64,000 bases of DNA from a candidate division WWE3 bacterium UBA1401 (lineage in GTDB: Bacteria; Patescibacteriota; WWE3; UBA101185; UBA10185). The stretch covers positions 160,916-224,915 of the forward strand of contig DBQF01000001.1 of the NCBI GenBank assembly GCA_002305115.1, written 5' to 3'. A program made the position numbers and the translations under genes. A model generated the notes under the pieces. That model was not told where the DNA came from, did not search any database, and saw only the letters and a program-made list of their open reading frames with translations. This document shows, one piece after another, positions 24,680 through 33,472 of this stretch; the first letter of the stretch is position 1, and each line of letters begins with the position of its first letter.

Positions 24680-25902
24680 ACAACAAGCTCTACTTTGCGG
24701 GCAAAAGTTGCTAATAAATCTAGTCCGTCCCAATAATTAGAAAACGTAAGTGCTTGGCCGAAGGGCACTACCCTACAAATCCCTCTGGGCTTATTTTCCT
24801 TAATAAACGTGCTCAACTGTTCCTTAGTGATACCAAAGGCGCTAAGTGTCTGATCTTTGGTTTTAAGAAAGTTACCCAGTTCTGCTAATTCACTAATAGT
24901 TGTTTCATAAAAAAGCCCACCTCCACAATGGGCATCTCTGGAAATATCTTCAAAAGACTCAATGAAAACTCGGTTAATAGCATTAGAGGCGCTTTGTTCT
25001 ACCGTAACCTGACTTTTAGCATTGAATATGGTTTGCACTTCAGCAGTTAGCTTTTGTACTGCTACAGCCGGTTGGACTGGTACATTCTTTGTTGTTATAT
25101 ATTCTTCCAGTAACTGCCAGAAAATGTTTCTTGCCGGTGTAATGTCTTTTTCCGCACCACACCATACCACAAGTCTTGGTGATGAACAGGCATTTTGATC
25201 AAACCAGAATGCGTCGTTATAAAAATATGCAATTGTTTCCTCCTTATTTGTATGGGCTAACCACTGTTGAGCATCAATTACTGCATAAGAAAATCTGTCT
25301 GGAAAAACTACTTCTAGTGCTGTAGGGTTAAGTTCTAGTGCCCTAATACTTTTGATAGTTGCGTCGCCACCCCAGATAATACGTAAATCACATTGCTTAG
25401 AGAAAAACTCTGTTACTTCCGTATCGTGCCCATACCTTAGTAAGGCAGTTGTGTTTCTAAGTTGCTCAAATTGTTCTTGAGCTAGTATATTATTCAAAAT
25501 TGCCAGTAAGGTCTCAAGCTGGTCACTGGTTTTAGAAGAGAGTCTTACAATGTTAGTGTTACCTACCAGCAAGGAGATAAACCAGGAGTACACAAAAATT
25601 GTGTCTACGTTTGCCGGGGCTATATGAAAAGCCAAGCCTCTAGGTACTTGAATGTAATCTGCGTTACTGTTTATAAACTGTTCTTGTAGTTGCTTTATGT
25701 GTGCTGATCGCATCCAATAGGCTAAGGCAATAAGTTCAGGATATTTTCTTAAACTGTGGTCTTTCAAAATTGTTTCCGAAACGATATTTATAAACTGCAG
25801 GGTAATTTTTTCAAAAGGCTCTAGCGGTTGTGCCGCCACTACTTTGGCAAGATCACCTGTGAGTGGGCATATAAGTTTGACTTTATCCTTAAATATATCC
25901 AT
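24676..25902 (-). CDS. LuxC-family acyl-CoA/acyl-protein reductase
   Basis: HIAPANVDTIFVYSWFISLLVGNTNIVRLSSK and DQNACSSPRLVVW (catalytic Cys region). ATG 25902 lies 1 nt after the upstream stop. The 25989 start would overlap the previous gene by 86 nt. Confidence 0.8.
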   Translation of the reverse strand: MDIFKDKVKLICPLTGDLAKVVAAQPLEPFEKITLQFINIVSETILKDHSLRKYPELIALAYWMRSAHIKQLQEQFINSNADYIQVPRGLAFHIAPANVDTIFVYSWFISLLVGNTNIVRLSSKTSDQLETLLAILNNILAQEQFEQLRNTTALLRYGHDTEVTEFFSKQCDLRIIWGGDATIKSIRALELNPTALEVVFPDRFSYAVIDAQQWLAHTNKEETIAYFYNDAFWFDQNACSSPRLVVWCGAEKDITPARNIFWQLLEEYITTKNVPVQPAVAVQKLTAEVQTIFNAKSQVTVEQSASNAINRVFIESFEDISRDAHCGGGLFYETTISELAELGNFLKTKDQTLSAFGITKEQLSTFIKENKPRGICRVVPFGQALTFSNYWDGLDLLATFARKVELVV

Positions 25903-25903
25903 G

Positions 25904-26971
25904 CTAAACAGCGGCTGTATCACTACAGCCCCTAAGTTCCGCTTTGGGAATGCGGCCGGCGACCCTGAAATATTTGCCGTATCTGCCACAAGGGCAAGTA
26001 TCTTCCCCCATTATAGTACCAAAGTCTTCGGTAAGAAGTATGTGGCCGGGATAACTGTGTGGCAACACGGAAAGTATTTCGATGATGCCTTGGGTACCAT
26101 GCGGGAGTATTTGCCAATTGGCAGGATCCCTTATAAGTATGTCCGAAAAAACGGAAGTGTGGAAGTTGCCTTCTTCACATTCCATAAAAACAGAACCTAC
26201 CTGTTCGGCCATGCCGTAAAAATTATATACATGTTTAATACTCAATTGTTCTTTTAAGTGCGCTTTAAATGTGCCATTATCCACGCTTTGTTCTATTAGC
26301 TTTTTCCACCCGCCACTATGAACTAAGATGGCATTTGATAAATCTAATTTGATGTTTTTAGCAGTCAACTCTTTATACAAATATAGCCAAACCAGATAGG
26401 TAAACCCAAAAATCAAATTTGGCTCATTTTTGTACTTTTCTGCAAACTCCAGTAGTCCCTCGATATCCATGTTCATGTCTTCGTCTAGCAGGTAAAAGTG
26501 ATTTTTTCCAAAAGTAGCAAACCCTAAAACACCAGCACCTCTGGCGGAAAAGCTTTCTTTATCTTTAAAGACCGCTTTTGTATCTACAAATATGGTGGGT
26601 AGCCGTTCTTTGCCTATAAAATCTTGCACAATATGGGCCAGCGCCTTGGTTTGTCTTTCTGAGGTTAGCTTGTCTAAATAAATAGCCGAGGGGGTTTGCC
26701 CGGTAGTGCCTGAGGATTTAAGTATTTTAATAACGGCACTTTCGTTAACGCTTGTTAGCTTGTTTGTCTTAAAGACCGTTACCGGCAAGAACGGGAAGTC
26801 CTCGACTGCCGTTAAGTTGCTTGGATCACAAAAAGCTTTTGCAAACTTACTATATTCAGGGCAATTTGCTATGTGATGTTGGGTTACCGCTGTTAAGGCT
26901 TCCAAAAACAACGGTTTTTTCTGCGCTGCTTTTAAGCTAAATGGTGGATAGCCAAATAAATCTTCTATCAT
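25904..26971 (-). CDS. LuxE-family acyl-protein synthetase
   Basis: SSGTTGQTPSAIYLD and the overall LuxE pattern. 4-nt overlap with the upstream ligase gene. Confidence 0.8.
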   Translation of the reverse strand: MIEDLFGYPPFSLKAAQKKPLFLEALTAVTQHHIANCPEYSKFAKAFCDPSNLTAVEDFPFLPVTVFKTNKLTSVNESAVIKILKSSGTTGQTPSAIYLDKLTSERQTKALAHIVQDFIGKERLPTIFVDTKAVFKDKESFSARGAGVLGFATFGKNHFYLLDEDMNMDIEGLLEFAEKYKNEPNLIFGFTYLVWLYLYKELTAKNIKLDLSNAILVHSGGWKKLIEQSVDNGTFKAHLKEQLSIKHVYNFYGMAEQVGSVFMECEEGNFHTSVFSDILIRDPANWQILPHGTQGIIEILSVLPHSYPGHILLTEDFGTIMGEDTCPCGRYGKYFRVAGRIPKAELRGCSDTAAV

Positions 26972-28380
26972 ACTGTTACATTCCTAAATATCTGTTCGTA
27001 AGCCATTTTTCCGGTACCGGTTCGTGCTAGTTCCTCTACATAAACGATGGTAATTACGTTGGGGTTTAGCTTATATTTTTGCTGCAGTTGCCTTTTTAGT
27101 TCTTTTTCCGGTACTTGTTTAGTGAAAGCAATACATAAGGCGTCATCTTTACCTCCACAAGCGCATTCGTAGCCCTGTTGTTTCAAAAAATTTTCTAGGT
27201 CATCAAGGTTAAATAAAACGCCCATCATTTTCAAAAAGCGCTTACGTCTGCCAGTAATATAGCAAAAGCCATCTTCATCAAAATGTGCAATATCTCCGGT
27301 AAGAAGTGTGCCATTTTGCTCATCTCCTTTAGCTAAATCTGTTCGGGAAGTTGCATAGCCCATCATGACATTTACACCTCTGTATACTAGTTCCCCGTCA
27401 ATAAATGGTTTGGTTATAGTGTTGCCATTGGTGTTTATTATGCTCAGGTTGCCCCCCGGAATGGCTTTTCCTACACTTGTAGGTTTTACCAAAGTATACT
27501 CTGGTGGTAAGTAAGCTATGCGGGCAGTAGCCTCTGTCTGTCCGTACATAACATAAAACTTTATACCTTTTGTTTGGGCATAGCTTCCAAAGTCTTGCAC
27601 GAGCTGCGCGTTAAGTTTACCTCCTGCTTGAGTCATATATCTTAGACTAGGAAGTTCCATATCTAGAAAGCCTATTCTTTTTAGTAGTTCGTAAGTGTAT
27701 GGAACTCCGCTAAAAGAAGTAGCTTGCTGGTCTTTAAAAAATTGCCAGAAATCTTTGGTGATAACTGAGTGGTCTGTTAACAGCATAGTAGCCCCGGCTA
27801 ACAAGTGGCTATTTAAAATTGACAAACCGTAGGTATAGTTTAGCGGAAGCGTAGTTATAGCTTTTTCCGAACGGGTAATTGCTAAATAAGCTACTATGGC
27901 TTGCGCATTAGCTAGCACACTTTCACCTTTAAGCCTTACCAGCTTAGGGTTGCCTGTACTTCCGGAAGTTGATAGTAACAAGTTTAGGTCCGGGTTCAGT
28001 TGTTCTTCACTAGGCTTAGGGTTTTGAACTAGTTGATAGTTTGCGTGAGTATAGATAGCCTTGTCACCAAATGTATTGGTGTTTTTCGGTTCCCAAATGT
28101 AATCCGGCTGATATGTATCTACCAAATTAGCCAACAGCTGTACATCTATATCAGCAGCAAGTAGCAAGGCCACATTATCTGATCTTAGCGTGCCAAGATA
28201 TCCGGCTATAGCTACTACAGTATTTGTGCAAAGGATAAACACTAAATTCTTTGGTTTTGCTGTAAGTTGCCTGGCGAAGGTGTCTGCAAGTGTGGCAAGT
28301 TTGCTGTACGAAATACTTTCTAAACCGGTAACTAACGCAGTACTTTCTGCAAATTTTTCAATGGAATCAAAAACTTTCAC
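26968..28380 (-). CDS. AMP-dependent synthetase/ligase (adenylate-forming, acyl or aminoacyl loading)
   Basis: LLSTSGSTGNPKLVRL, YGQTEAT, TGDIAHFDEDGFCYITGRRKRFLK and C-terminal GTGKMAY. Confidence 0.85.
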   Translation of the reverse strand: MKVFDSIEKFAESTALVTGLESISYSKLATLADTFARQLTAKPKNLVFILCTNTVVAIAGYLGTLRSDNVALLLAADIDVQLLANLVDTYQPDYIWEPKNTNTFGDKAIYTHANYQLVQNPKPSEEQLNPDLNLLLSTSGSTGNPKLVRLKGESVLANAQAIVAYLAITRSEKAITTLPLNYTYGLSILNSHLLAGATMLLTDHSVITKDFWQFFKDQQATSFSGVPYTYELLKRIGFLDMELPSLRYMTQAGGKLNAQLVQDFGSYAQTKGIKFYVMYGQTEATARIAYLPPEYTLVKPTSVGKAIPGGNLSIINTNGNTITKPFIDGELVYRGVNVMMGYATSRTDLAKGDEQNGTLLTGDIAHFDEDGFCYITGRRKRFLKMMGVLFNLDDLENFLKQQGYECACGGKDDALCIAFTKQVPEKELKRQLQQKYKLNPNVITIVYVEELARTGTGKMAYEQIFRNVTV

Positions 28381-29135
28381 ACAAGCATCCCCCCGTTAAC
28401 ACCTATTACCTGCCCGGTAACATAGGATGCTAAGTCGGAGGCTAGATATAAAGCACCGCCCGCAATATCTTCCGGAGTACCTATCCTGCCAAGTTTGATG
28501 GCGTTAAGTTTTTCGGTAAAAGCTTGTTCCGGAATTGATCTGGCCATAGCTGTGTCGATAAAGCCCGGAGCTATGGCATTTACACGTACATTGTATCTAG
28601 CCAGTTCTTTTGCCGCAGATTTAGTGAGCCCAACTACTGCCGCCTTGGTTCCGCTATATGCTACTTGTCCAATATTACCTTCTACCCCCACAATAGACGC
28701 CAGATTGATAATGCTCCCTTGTTTTTGCTTCATCATTATTCTGGAAGCATATTGCATGCAGTAAATTGTGCCAAAGACATTAACTGAAAATAGCTTGGTA
28801 AGAATATCCGGGGAAATCATTGGCAATAGTGCATCTATCATAATGCCAGCATTATTTACTAAAACGTCCAGTTTCTCAGAATGTGCTTTAACCTTGTCAA
28901 ATGCTTGCTTAACTTGCTCACTATTGGAAACATCAAAGTATAGGGGAGTTATTTCCACTTGATATTTGTCTGTTAATGCTGTGGCTATACTATCCAAGCT
29001 GCCTTCCACTACATCATTGGCAAATACCGCAGCACCATTTTGAGCAAACATTTCCAGAATACCCTTACCAATACCTTGTGAGCAGCCAGTTATTAGTGCT
29101 ACTTTACCTGCAAGTAACTTAGAAGTTAACACCAT
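28377..29135 (-). CDS. short-chain dehydrogenase, 3-oxoacyl-ACP reductase (FabG)-like
   Basis: GKVALITGCSQGIGKG, NNAG and YSGTKAAVVGLTK (YxxxK). ATG 29135 overlaps the ACP gene by 17 nt; the track start 29165 would overlap by 47 nt. Confidence 0.85.
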   Translation of the reverse strand: MVLTSKLLAGKVALITGCSQGIGKGILEMFAQNGAAVFANDVVEGSLDSIATALTDKYQVEITPLYFDVSNSEQVKQAFDKVKAHSEKLDVLVNNAGIMIDALLPMISPDILTKLFSVNVFGTIYCMQYASRIMMKQKQGSIINLASIVGVEGNIGQVAYSGTKAAVVGLTKSAAKELARYNVRVNAIAPGFIDTAMARSIPEQAFTEKLNAIKLGRIGTPEDIAGGALYLASDLASYVTGQVIGVNGGMLV

Positions 29136-29358
29136 ACTTAGTAAGAATTTCTTTAGCGGCAGCAAAAGAGCTAAGGTTGATTACGTCGTCTGTACTTAAA
29201 GTGATACTAAAAGTGTCATCAATAGCAGCAACTAAGCTCATGTGGGCAATGGAATCCCATTCGGGTAGTGAGTGATATTTTAAGTCATCGGTAATTTGCT
29301 CTAATGGCAAGCCAAGTGAATCGGCAAAAACTTGTTTTAGTTTAGAAGTAGAGTCCAT
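29119..29358 (-). CDS. acyl carrier protein
   Basis: 79 aa. LPEWDSIAHMSLV carries the DS(L/I) phosphopantetheine-attachment serine. Confidence 0.8.
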   Translation of the reverse strand: MDSTSKLKQVFADSLGLPLEQITDDLKYHSLPEWDSIAHMSLVAAIDDTFSITLSTDDVINLSSFAAAKEILTKYGVNF

Positions 29359-29375
29359 TGTTTGAGTTTATAGGA

Positions 29376-31502
29376 TTACATTTTAGTTTGCAAGGTGAGT
29401 GAATCTAGTTCGTAAAAATAAAATGGCATACTACGTGTGTAGTAATGGGTGGGGGGCACCATGCATTTTATGGCATCAGGTAAATTGATACCTGTTACAC
29501 TTGTGATAGGTAAGAATTCATAAGTGTGGGGGCTGCAATCCGGAGCCAGATTGTAGTGGCTATAATAGTGAGTTAGTTTTTGTTCATTAGTTAACACACC
29601 CTCAAGTTGTAATGGCCTGTCTGATAGTAAATAAGTCTTAGCGTAGTGAGTTGTCAGCTCTGCAATTTGGGGAAGTTGTAGCTGCTGGGGGGTGTCTAGA
29701 ATAAAGGTATTTAAGTCATAATAGTATTTAAAGGGCCCCATAGTAAAGGTACTGAAGTTATCAAAATAGCGTTGCGGTTTGGATTCATCCGAATGACCAC
29801 GATACAGTAATAGCAAGTCATTAGCTGTTACTGAGGCATTAAGCTTGTTGTAAACTTCACCGTAACCCATTTCTGGTCCTTGAAGTAGTGCGCCAGTAAA
29901 CACGCTAAAATAACCTATTATAAGAACCAAACAGCTTAATAACACCACTCTAGTTTTTTTAGCGTGTGCTAAAGCTATTCCTAAATAAGTACCGGCAAGG
30001 GCGATGATATAGGGAATAAGCTCACTAAAAAAATATCGAAAATCGTAGTAATAATATCTGATAGTCCATATGTATTCCGTATTCACAGCGAAAAAGAAGA
30101 GAATGAATAGCCATAGATACATGAATTTTGGTTTTAATTTGTCTGGTAATTTTAGTAACGGCAAGATGGCAAAGATGCCAAGTAACAATGGGCCTACTTG
30201 TGCAAACATTGTATATGCCAGTATGTATTTAACTTTCTCCCAGGCGAATCTGTAAACGTACCACTGCCTCTCCAAGACAAAGTCTGGGAAGTTTGCAGGT
30301 GTGAAGCTTTGTTCAGCAAGTTTGTAAAAATTAAGCCCTATAACGGCGAGTAGCCCTAGAACAAAAAAATACCTGTAATATTGCAGAATATTGGTCTTTA
30401 ATTTTGTGAGTCTATTTTGGTTACTCAAATAATATAATATTCCCAAGCTAGCGATCGTAAGGATTGTGTATGCTGTAACTCTTGTTACCGGTTCCTGGCC
30501 TAGTATCTTTTGCAATGTGCCTGAGTAAACAAGATGAAACAGTGGTGGGATCTGATAATAGTAGAACGCAAGAGAATTTCCAACCATCCCTATTAGTGCA
30601 ACAAAATACAGCAATAATGCCTTTTTCAATCTGAATTCTTGCGTAAATAGTATAGTACAGGCGGCTAATAAGATAACAATTGGGATATATAGAAATGAAC
30701 TCATGCGGGTATAGCAAAAGCAATTAAACAAAGCTGCAGACAAAACCAAATTCCGCGTGTTAGCGCCTTTATCTTCAATAAATCTATATAGATAGTACGC
30801 AGTAAACACTATAAAATACACTGCTAACATTTCGCTTACCGGTAGTTTAGAAAAAAAGACGTGGCTTGGGGAAATGGCTACAAGCAATGCTGCAAGATAC
30901 CCGGGTAGCTTTTTTCTACCTGCAATTTCATAGCCTAGCAAATAAAAACCGATAATAGACAGTATGGAAAAGAAGGTAAGTGCTAAGGTTGACAAGTTTT
31001 TACCCACAAAAGCTTCAAACATGGCCAGCCATGCTGGATGAAGCGGATAGAATTCCATGGTATATTCTGAAGCTGCTCTGTCCCAGTACTTTATACTTGG
31101 CATTAAGTATGGATTGTGCTTGTCGTAGAGTTCTTTTTGCTCAGGAGTCAGGCCTTCCCTGAAAGCGTCTTTATACTTTAGCTGGCCGTTTCTTATGTAC
31201 TGATGGGCAATATTTACATAAGTGCCCTGATCCTGGCCGCCCATAATGTATTGATAAGGTCTAAATCGTAGTATAAGGGCTAGTGCTATAAGCAGCCAGA
31301 TATGCCAGCTGAATCGACTATCGCGCAGTTCTAACTTAAAATTGCAAACCCTAACAATAAGTAACTGTAGAGCTAAACTTAGCAGGACTGTAGTTACAGG
31401 GTTAAATATTTTCAGAATAAGTAGACTAATTGCCACAGTACTGACGATTACAGTAAAAACACAGATATTATCGATTATGTAAATTGGTTTTTTGCTTTGC
31501 AC
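29376..31502 (-). CDS. polytopic membrane protein, GT-C-type (ArnT/PMT-like) glycosyltransferase candidate
   Basis: At least 12 hydrophobic segments. The first loop GGQDQGTYVNIAHQY resembles the acidic-x-x-Y loop of ArnT/PMT enzymes. Soluble C-terminal domain of about 150 aa. Confidence 0.55.
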   Translation of the reverse strand: MQSKKPIYIIDNICVFTVIVSTVAISLLILKIFNPVTTVLLSLALQLLIVRVCNFKLELRDSRFSWHIWLLIALALILRFRPYQYIMGGQDQGTYVNIAHQYIRNGQLKYKDAFREGLTPEQKELYDKHNPYLMPSIKYWDRAASEYTMEFYPLHPAWLAMFEAFVGKNLSTLALTFFSILSIIGFYLLGYEIAGRKKLPGYLAALLVAISPSHVFFSKLPVSEMLAVYFIVFTAYYLYRFIEDKGANTRNLVLSAALFNCFCYTRMSSFLYIPIVILLAACTILFTQEFRLKKALLLYFVALIGMVGNSLAFYYYQIPPLFHLVYSGTLQKILGQEPVTRVTAYTILTIASLGILYYLSNQNRLTKLKTNILQYYRYFFVLGLLAVIGLNFYKLAEQSFTPANFPDFVLERQWYVYRFAWEKVKYILAYTMFAQVGPLLLGIFAILPLLKLPDKLKPKFMYLWLFILFFFAVNTEYIWTIRYYYYDFRYFFSELIPYIIALAGTYLGIALAHAKKTRVVLLSCLVLIIGYFSVFTGALLQGPEMGYGEVYNKLNASVTANDLLLLYRGHSDESKPQRYFDNFSTFTMGPFKYYYDLNTFILDTPQQLQLPQIAELTTHYAKTYLLSDRPLQLEGVLTNEQKLTHYYSHYNLAPDCSPHTYEFLPITSVTGINLPDAIKCMVPPTHYYTRSMPFYFYELDSLTLQTKM

Positions 31503-31507
31503 GTTAG

Positions 31508-33412
31508 TTAGTAAAGCTTTGACGCGGCATTAATTTGCTCTATTACATACTTAAATGGTACCTCGGCAGTATTACAGTACCACATAAGTGATTCAATCCT
31601 AGGCTTGTTTTCCTCTTCAATTTTTACCATGCCTTCTTCTCTTGTCAAAATGCCTTGCCTGATTTGGGTACTTCTGAAGGTATCATTTTCTGTAAAGCCT
31701 GCCATAGTGTAATAAATATAGTTATAAAAAGAGGCAGTACCATCGCCGATACGCCAGGTACACTTAGTATCCGGTGAGGTTTCCCAGTCAAACTTTGTTA
31801 TAAGTGTGTTCTCAATTTCCTGTTCATTCCAGGGAATAAAATCGTACAGCAGATAGAAATCATTTCTAGGCTCAAAGTAATAAGAGAAGAAAGCCCATGC
31901 AGTGTCCAGTAGTGACGCGTTTAAGTATGCAGGGTTGGCTACAAAGTTTTTCGCATAAAACATGGCTAATTTAATTTTATTAACAGTAGCCAAGCTTTCG
32001 ATATATTTTTTGTTAAAGTCGGGCTTTATGCCGCAAAAGCCGCTTTTGAAATTAGTTTCTTCCAGCCGGTTGGCCATCCAGACATTTAGTTTAATGTTGT
32101 AATCACGCTTTAATTTATTAACATAATAGAAGAATTGCTTATCTCCTGCCATGAATAAAGGTACAGTACCAAGGCATGGCTTCTTGCTCCAGGCCATAAC
32201 ATTTTTCCTAACATTTTCTCTTTTCTTCCTGATGTCCGCAGAAATTAAGATGTTTTCAACTCCAAGTTGGCCGCACATTCTGGCAATGTTTCTTCGCGCA
32301 AGGTCTGTGATCATGCCCCAGTCGTAGGTAAAGGTAACGGGGGTTAAACCTAGTTTGTTTTTCATATAGTACAAGCCATAGCTGCTGTCTCTTCCGCCGC
32401 TAAAGGGTACTAATACATCAGGCATGCCGTTGTGTTTGCTATAGCTGGTGGCCAATTGCTCAAGCGCCTGTTCCCCCTTGTAAGTTATTGTCTTGGAATC
32501 CTTGCAAAAGCTACATACACCTTCATCATCAAAGGTTATATAAGGGATGGTTTCGGGGAGCAAACATCTGGTGCATCTTTTTAGGTTTTGGATTTTTTGC
32601 TTATTGGTCGCGTATTCCCTATCTATCAGTTTTATAGTGGCGGCAATGTCTGCTTCGGAAGTATAGACTTTGCGAGGTTGAAGTTTATCTGTCATATCAG
32701 ACACTAGTTTTACAGTACGGTTTGCGGTTGGTAGGGGATATAACGCTATACTTCCCGGAGTAACTTGTTTTATCCGGGCATGTTCGGTGACCTCCGGTAT
32801 GAGTGCTTGTAAAAAGCCTCTTTCTGAAGCAAACATAGCTAAGTTATCTGAACCGTCCGGTGTGTATGTATATAAAGATCCGGTATTGGAAGCCAGGACT
32901 AAGTAGTTATAATCTTCAAATACTACTGCCACAGAGTAAGCTCCTTGCAGTTGACCTAAAGCTTTTTCCACTGCCGGTTGAAGCTGCTCACCGGCTGTTA
33001 AATAATGTCTGATCAGGGTATTAATTATCTCAGTATCGACTTCATAGTCACGGTGTAAAAAAGAATTAGTTTCCCATAAAGCCTTGTCGTTAACAATTAT
33101 GCCGTTATGAATGGTCACAATGCCATCTTTGATCACCGGTTGATTATTGAAGCCTTTTGAATAGGAGCCATTTGTTTCCATTCTGGCATGGCCTATAACA
33201 ATGGATGCTTCACCAAATGACTTAGCGAAAGCTCTGTACTCTTGCGATCTGACGAAATCCTTAACTCCTAAAGGTGATTTAAGTACTTTAATTTCGGAAT
33301 CTGTTACTGTGCAAACTCCAGAAGCATCTTTGCCCCGAGATTCCGATAAAGTTAACGCTTTTGTCACAAGATCAGTTGAGGGCTTATTTACTATTCCGAA
33401 TATTCCACACAT
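31508..33412 (-). CDS. fusion of class-II glutamine amidotransferase and PP-loop N-acetyl-sugar amidotransferase (WbuX/WbpG/PseA type)
   Basis: MCGIFGIV N-terminal nucleophile, HARMETNGS and NGIIVND. These are followed by zinc ribbon CTRCLLPETIPYITFDDEGVCSFC and PP-loop VLVPFSGGRDSSY. ATG 33412 gives Cys2; the track start is GTG 33418. Confidence 0.75.
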   Translation of the reverse strand: MCGIFGIVNKPSTDLVTKALTLSESRGKDASGVCTVTDSEIKVLKSPLGVKDFVRSQEYRAFAKSFGEASIVIGHARMETNGSYSKGFNNQPVIKDGIVTIHNGIIVNDKALWETNSFLHRDYEVDTEIINTLIRHYLTAGEQLQPAVEKALGQLQGAYSVAVVFEDYNYLVLASNTGSLYTYTPDGSDNLAMFASERGFLQALIPEVTEHARIKQVTPGSIALYPLPTANRTVKLVSDMTDKLQPRKVYTSEADIAATIKLIDREYATNKQKIQNLKRCTRCLLPETIPYITFDDEGVCSFCKDSKTITYKGEQALEQLATSYSKHNGMPDVLVPFSGGRDSSYGLYYMKNKLGLTPVTFTYDWGMITDLARRNIARMCGQLGVENILISADIRKKRENVRKNVMAWSKKPCLGTVPLFMAGDKQFFYYVNKLKRDYNIKLNVWMANRLEETNFKSGFCGIKPDFNKKYIESLATVNKIKLAMFYAKNFVANPAYLNASLLDTAWAFFSYYFEPRNDFYLLYDFIPWNEQEIENTLITKFDWETSPDTKCTWRIGDGTASFYNYIYYTMAGFTENDTFRSTQIRQGILTREEGMVKIEEENKPRIESLMWYCNTAEVPFKYVIEQINAASKLY

Positions 33413-33472
33413 ACTCACATATCATACTAGTAAGGGGTTTATATCTGCAAACTGAGGGGTTATTATTATGTT

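Noticed and set aside
24676-26971. Bioluminescence (lux) operon
   Set aside because: Only LuxC- and LuxE-family genes are present. There is no luxA, luxB or luxD. The context is ACP, SDR, ligase and acyltransferase genes within a glycan locus.
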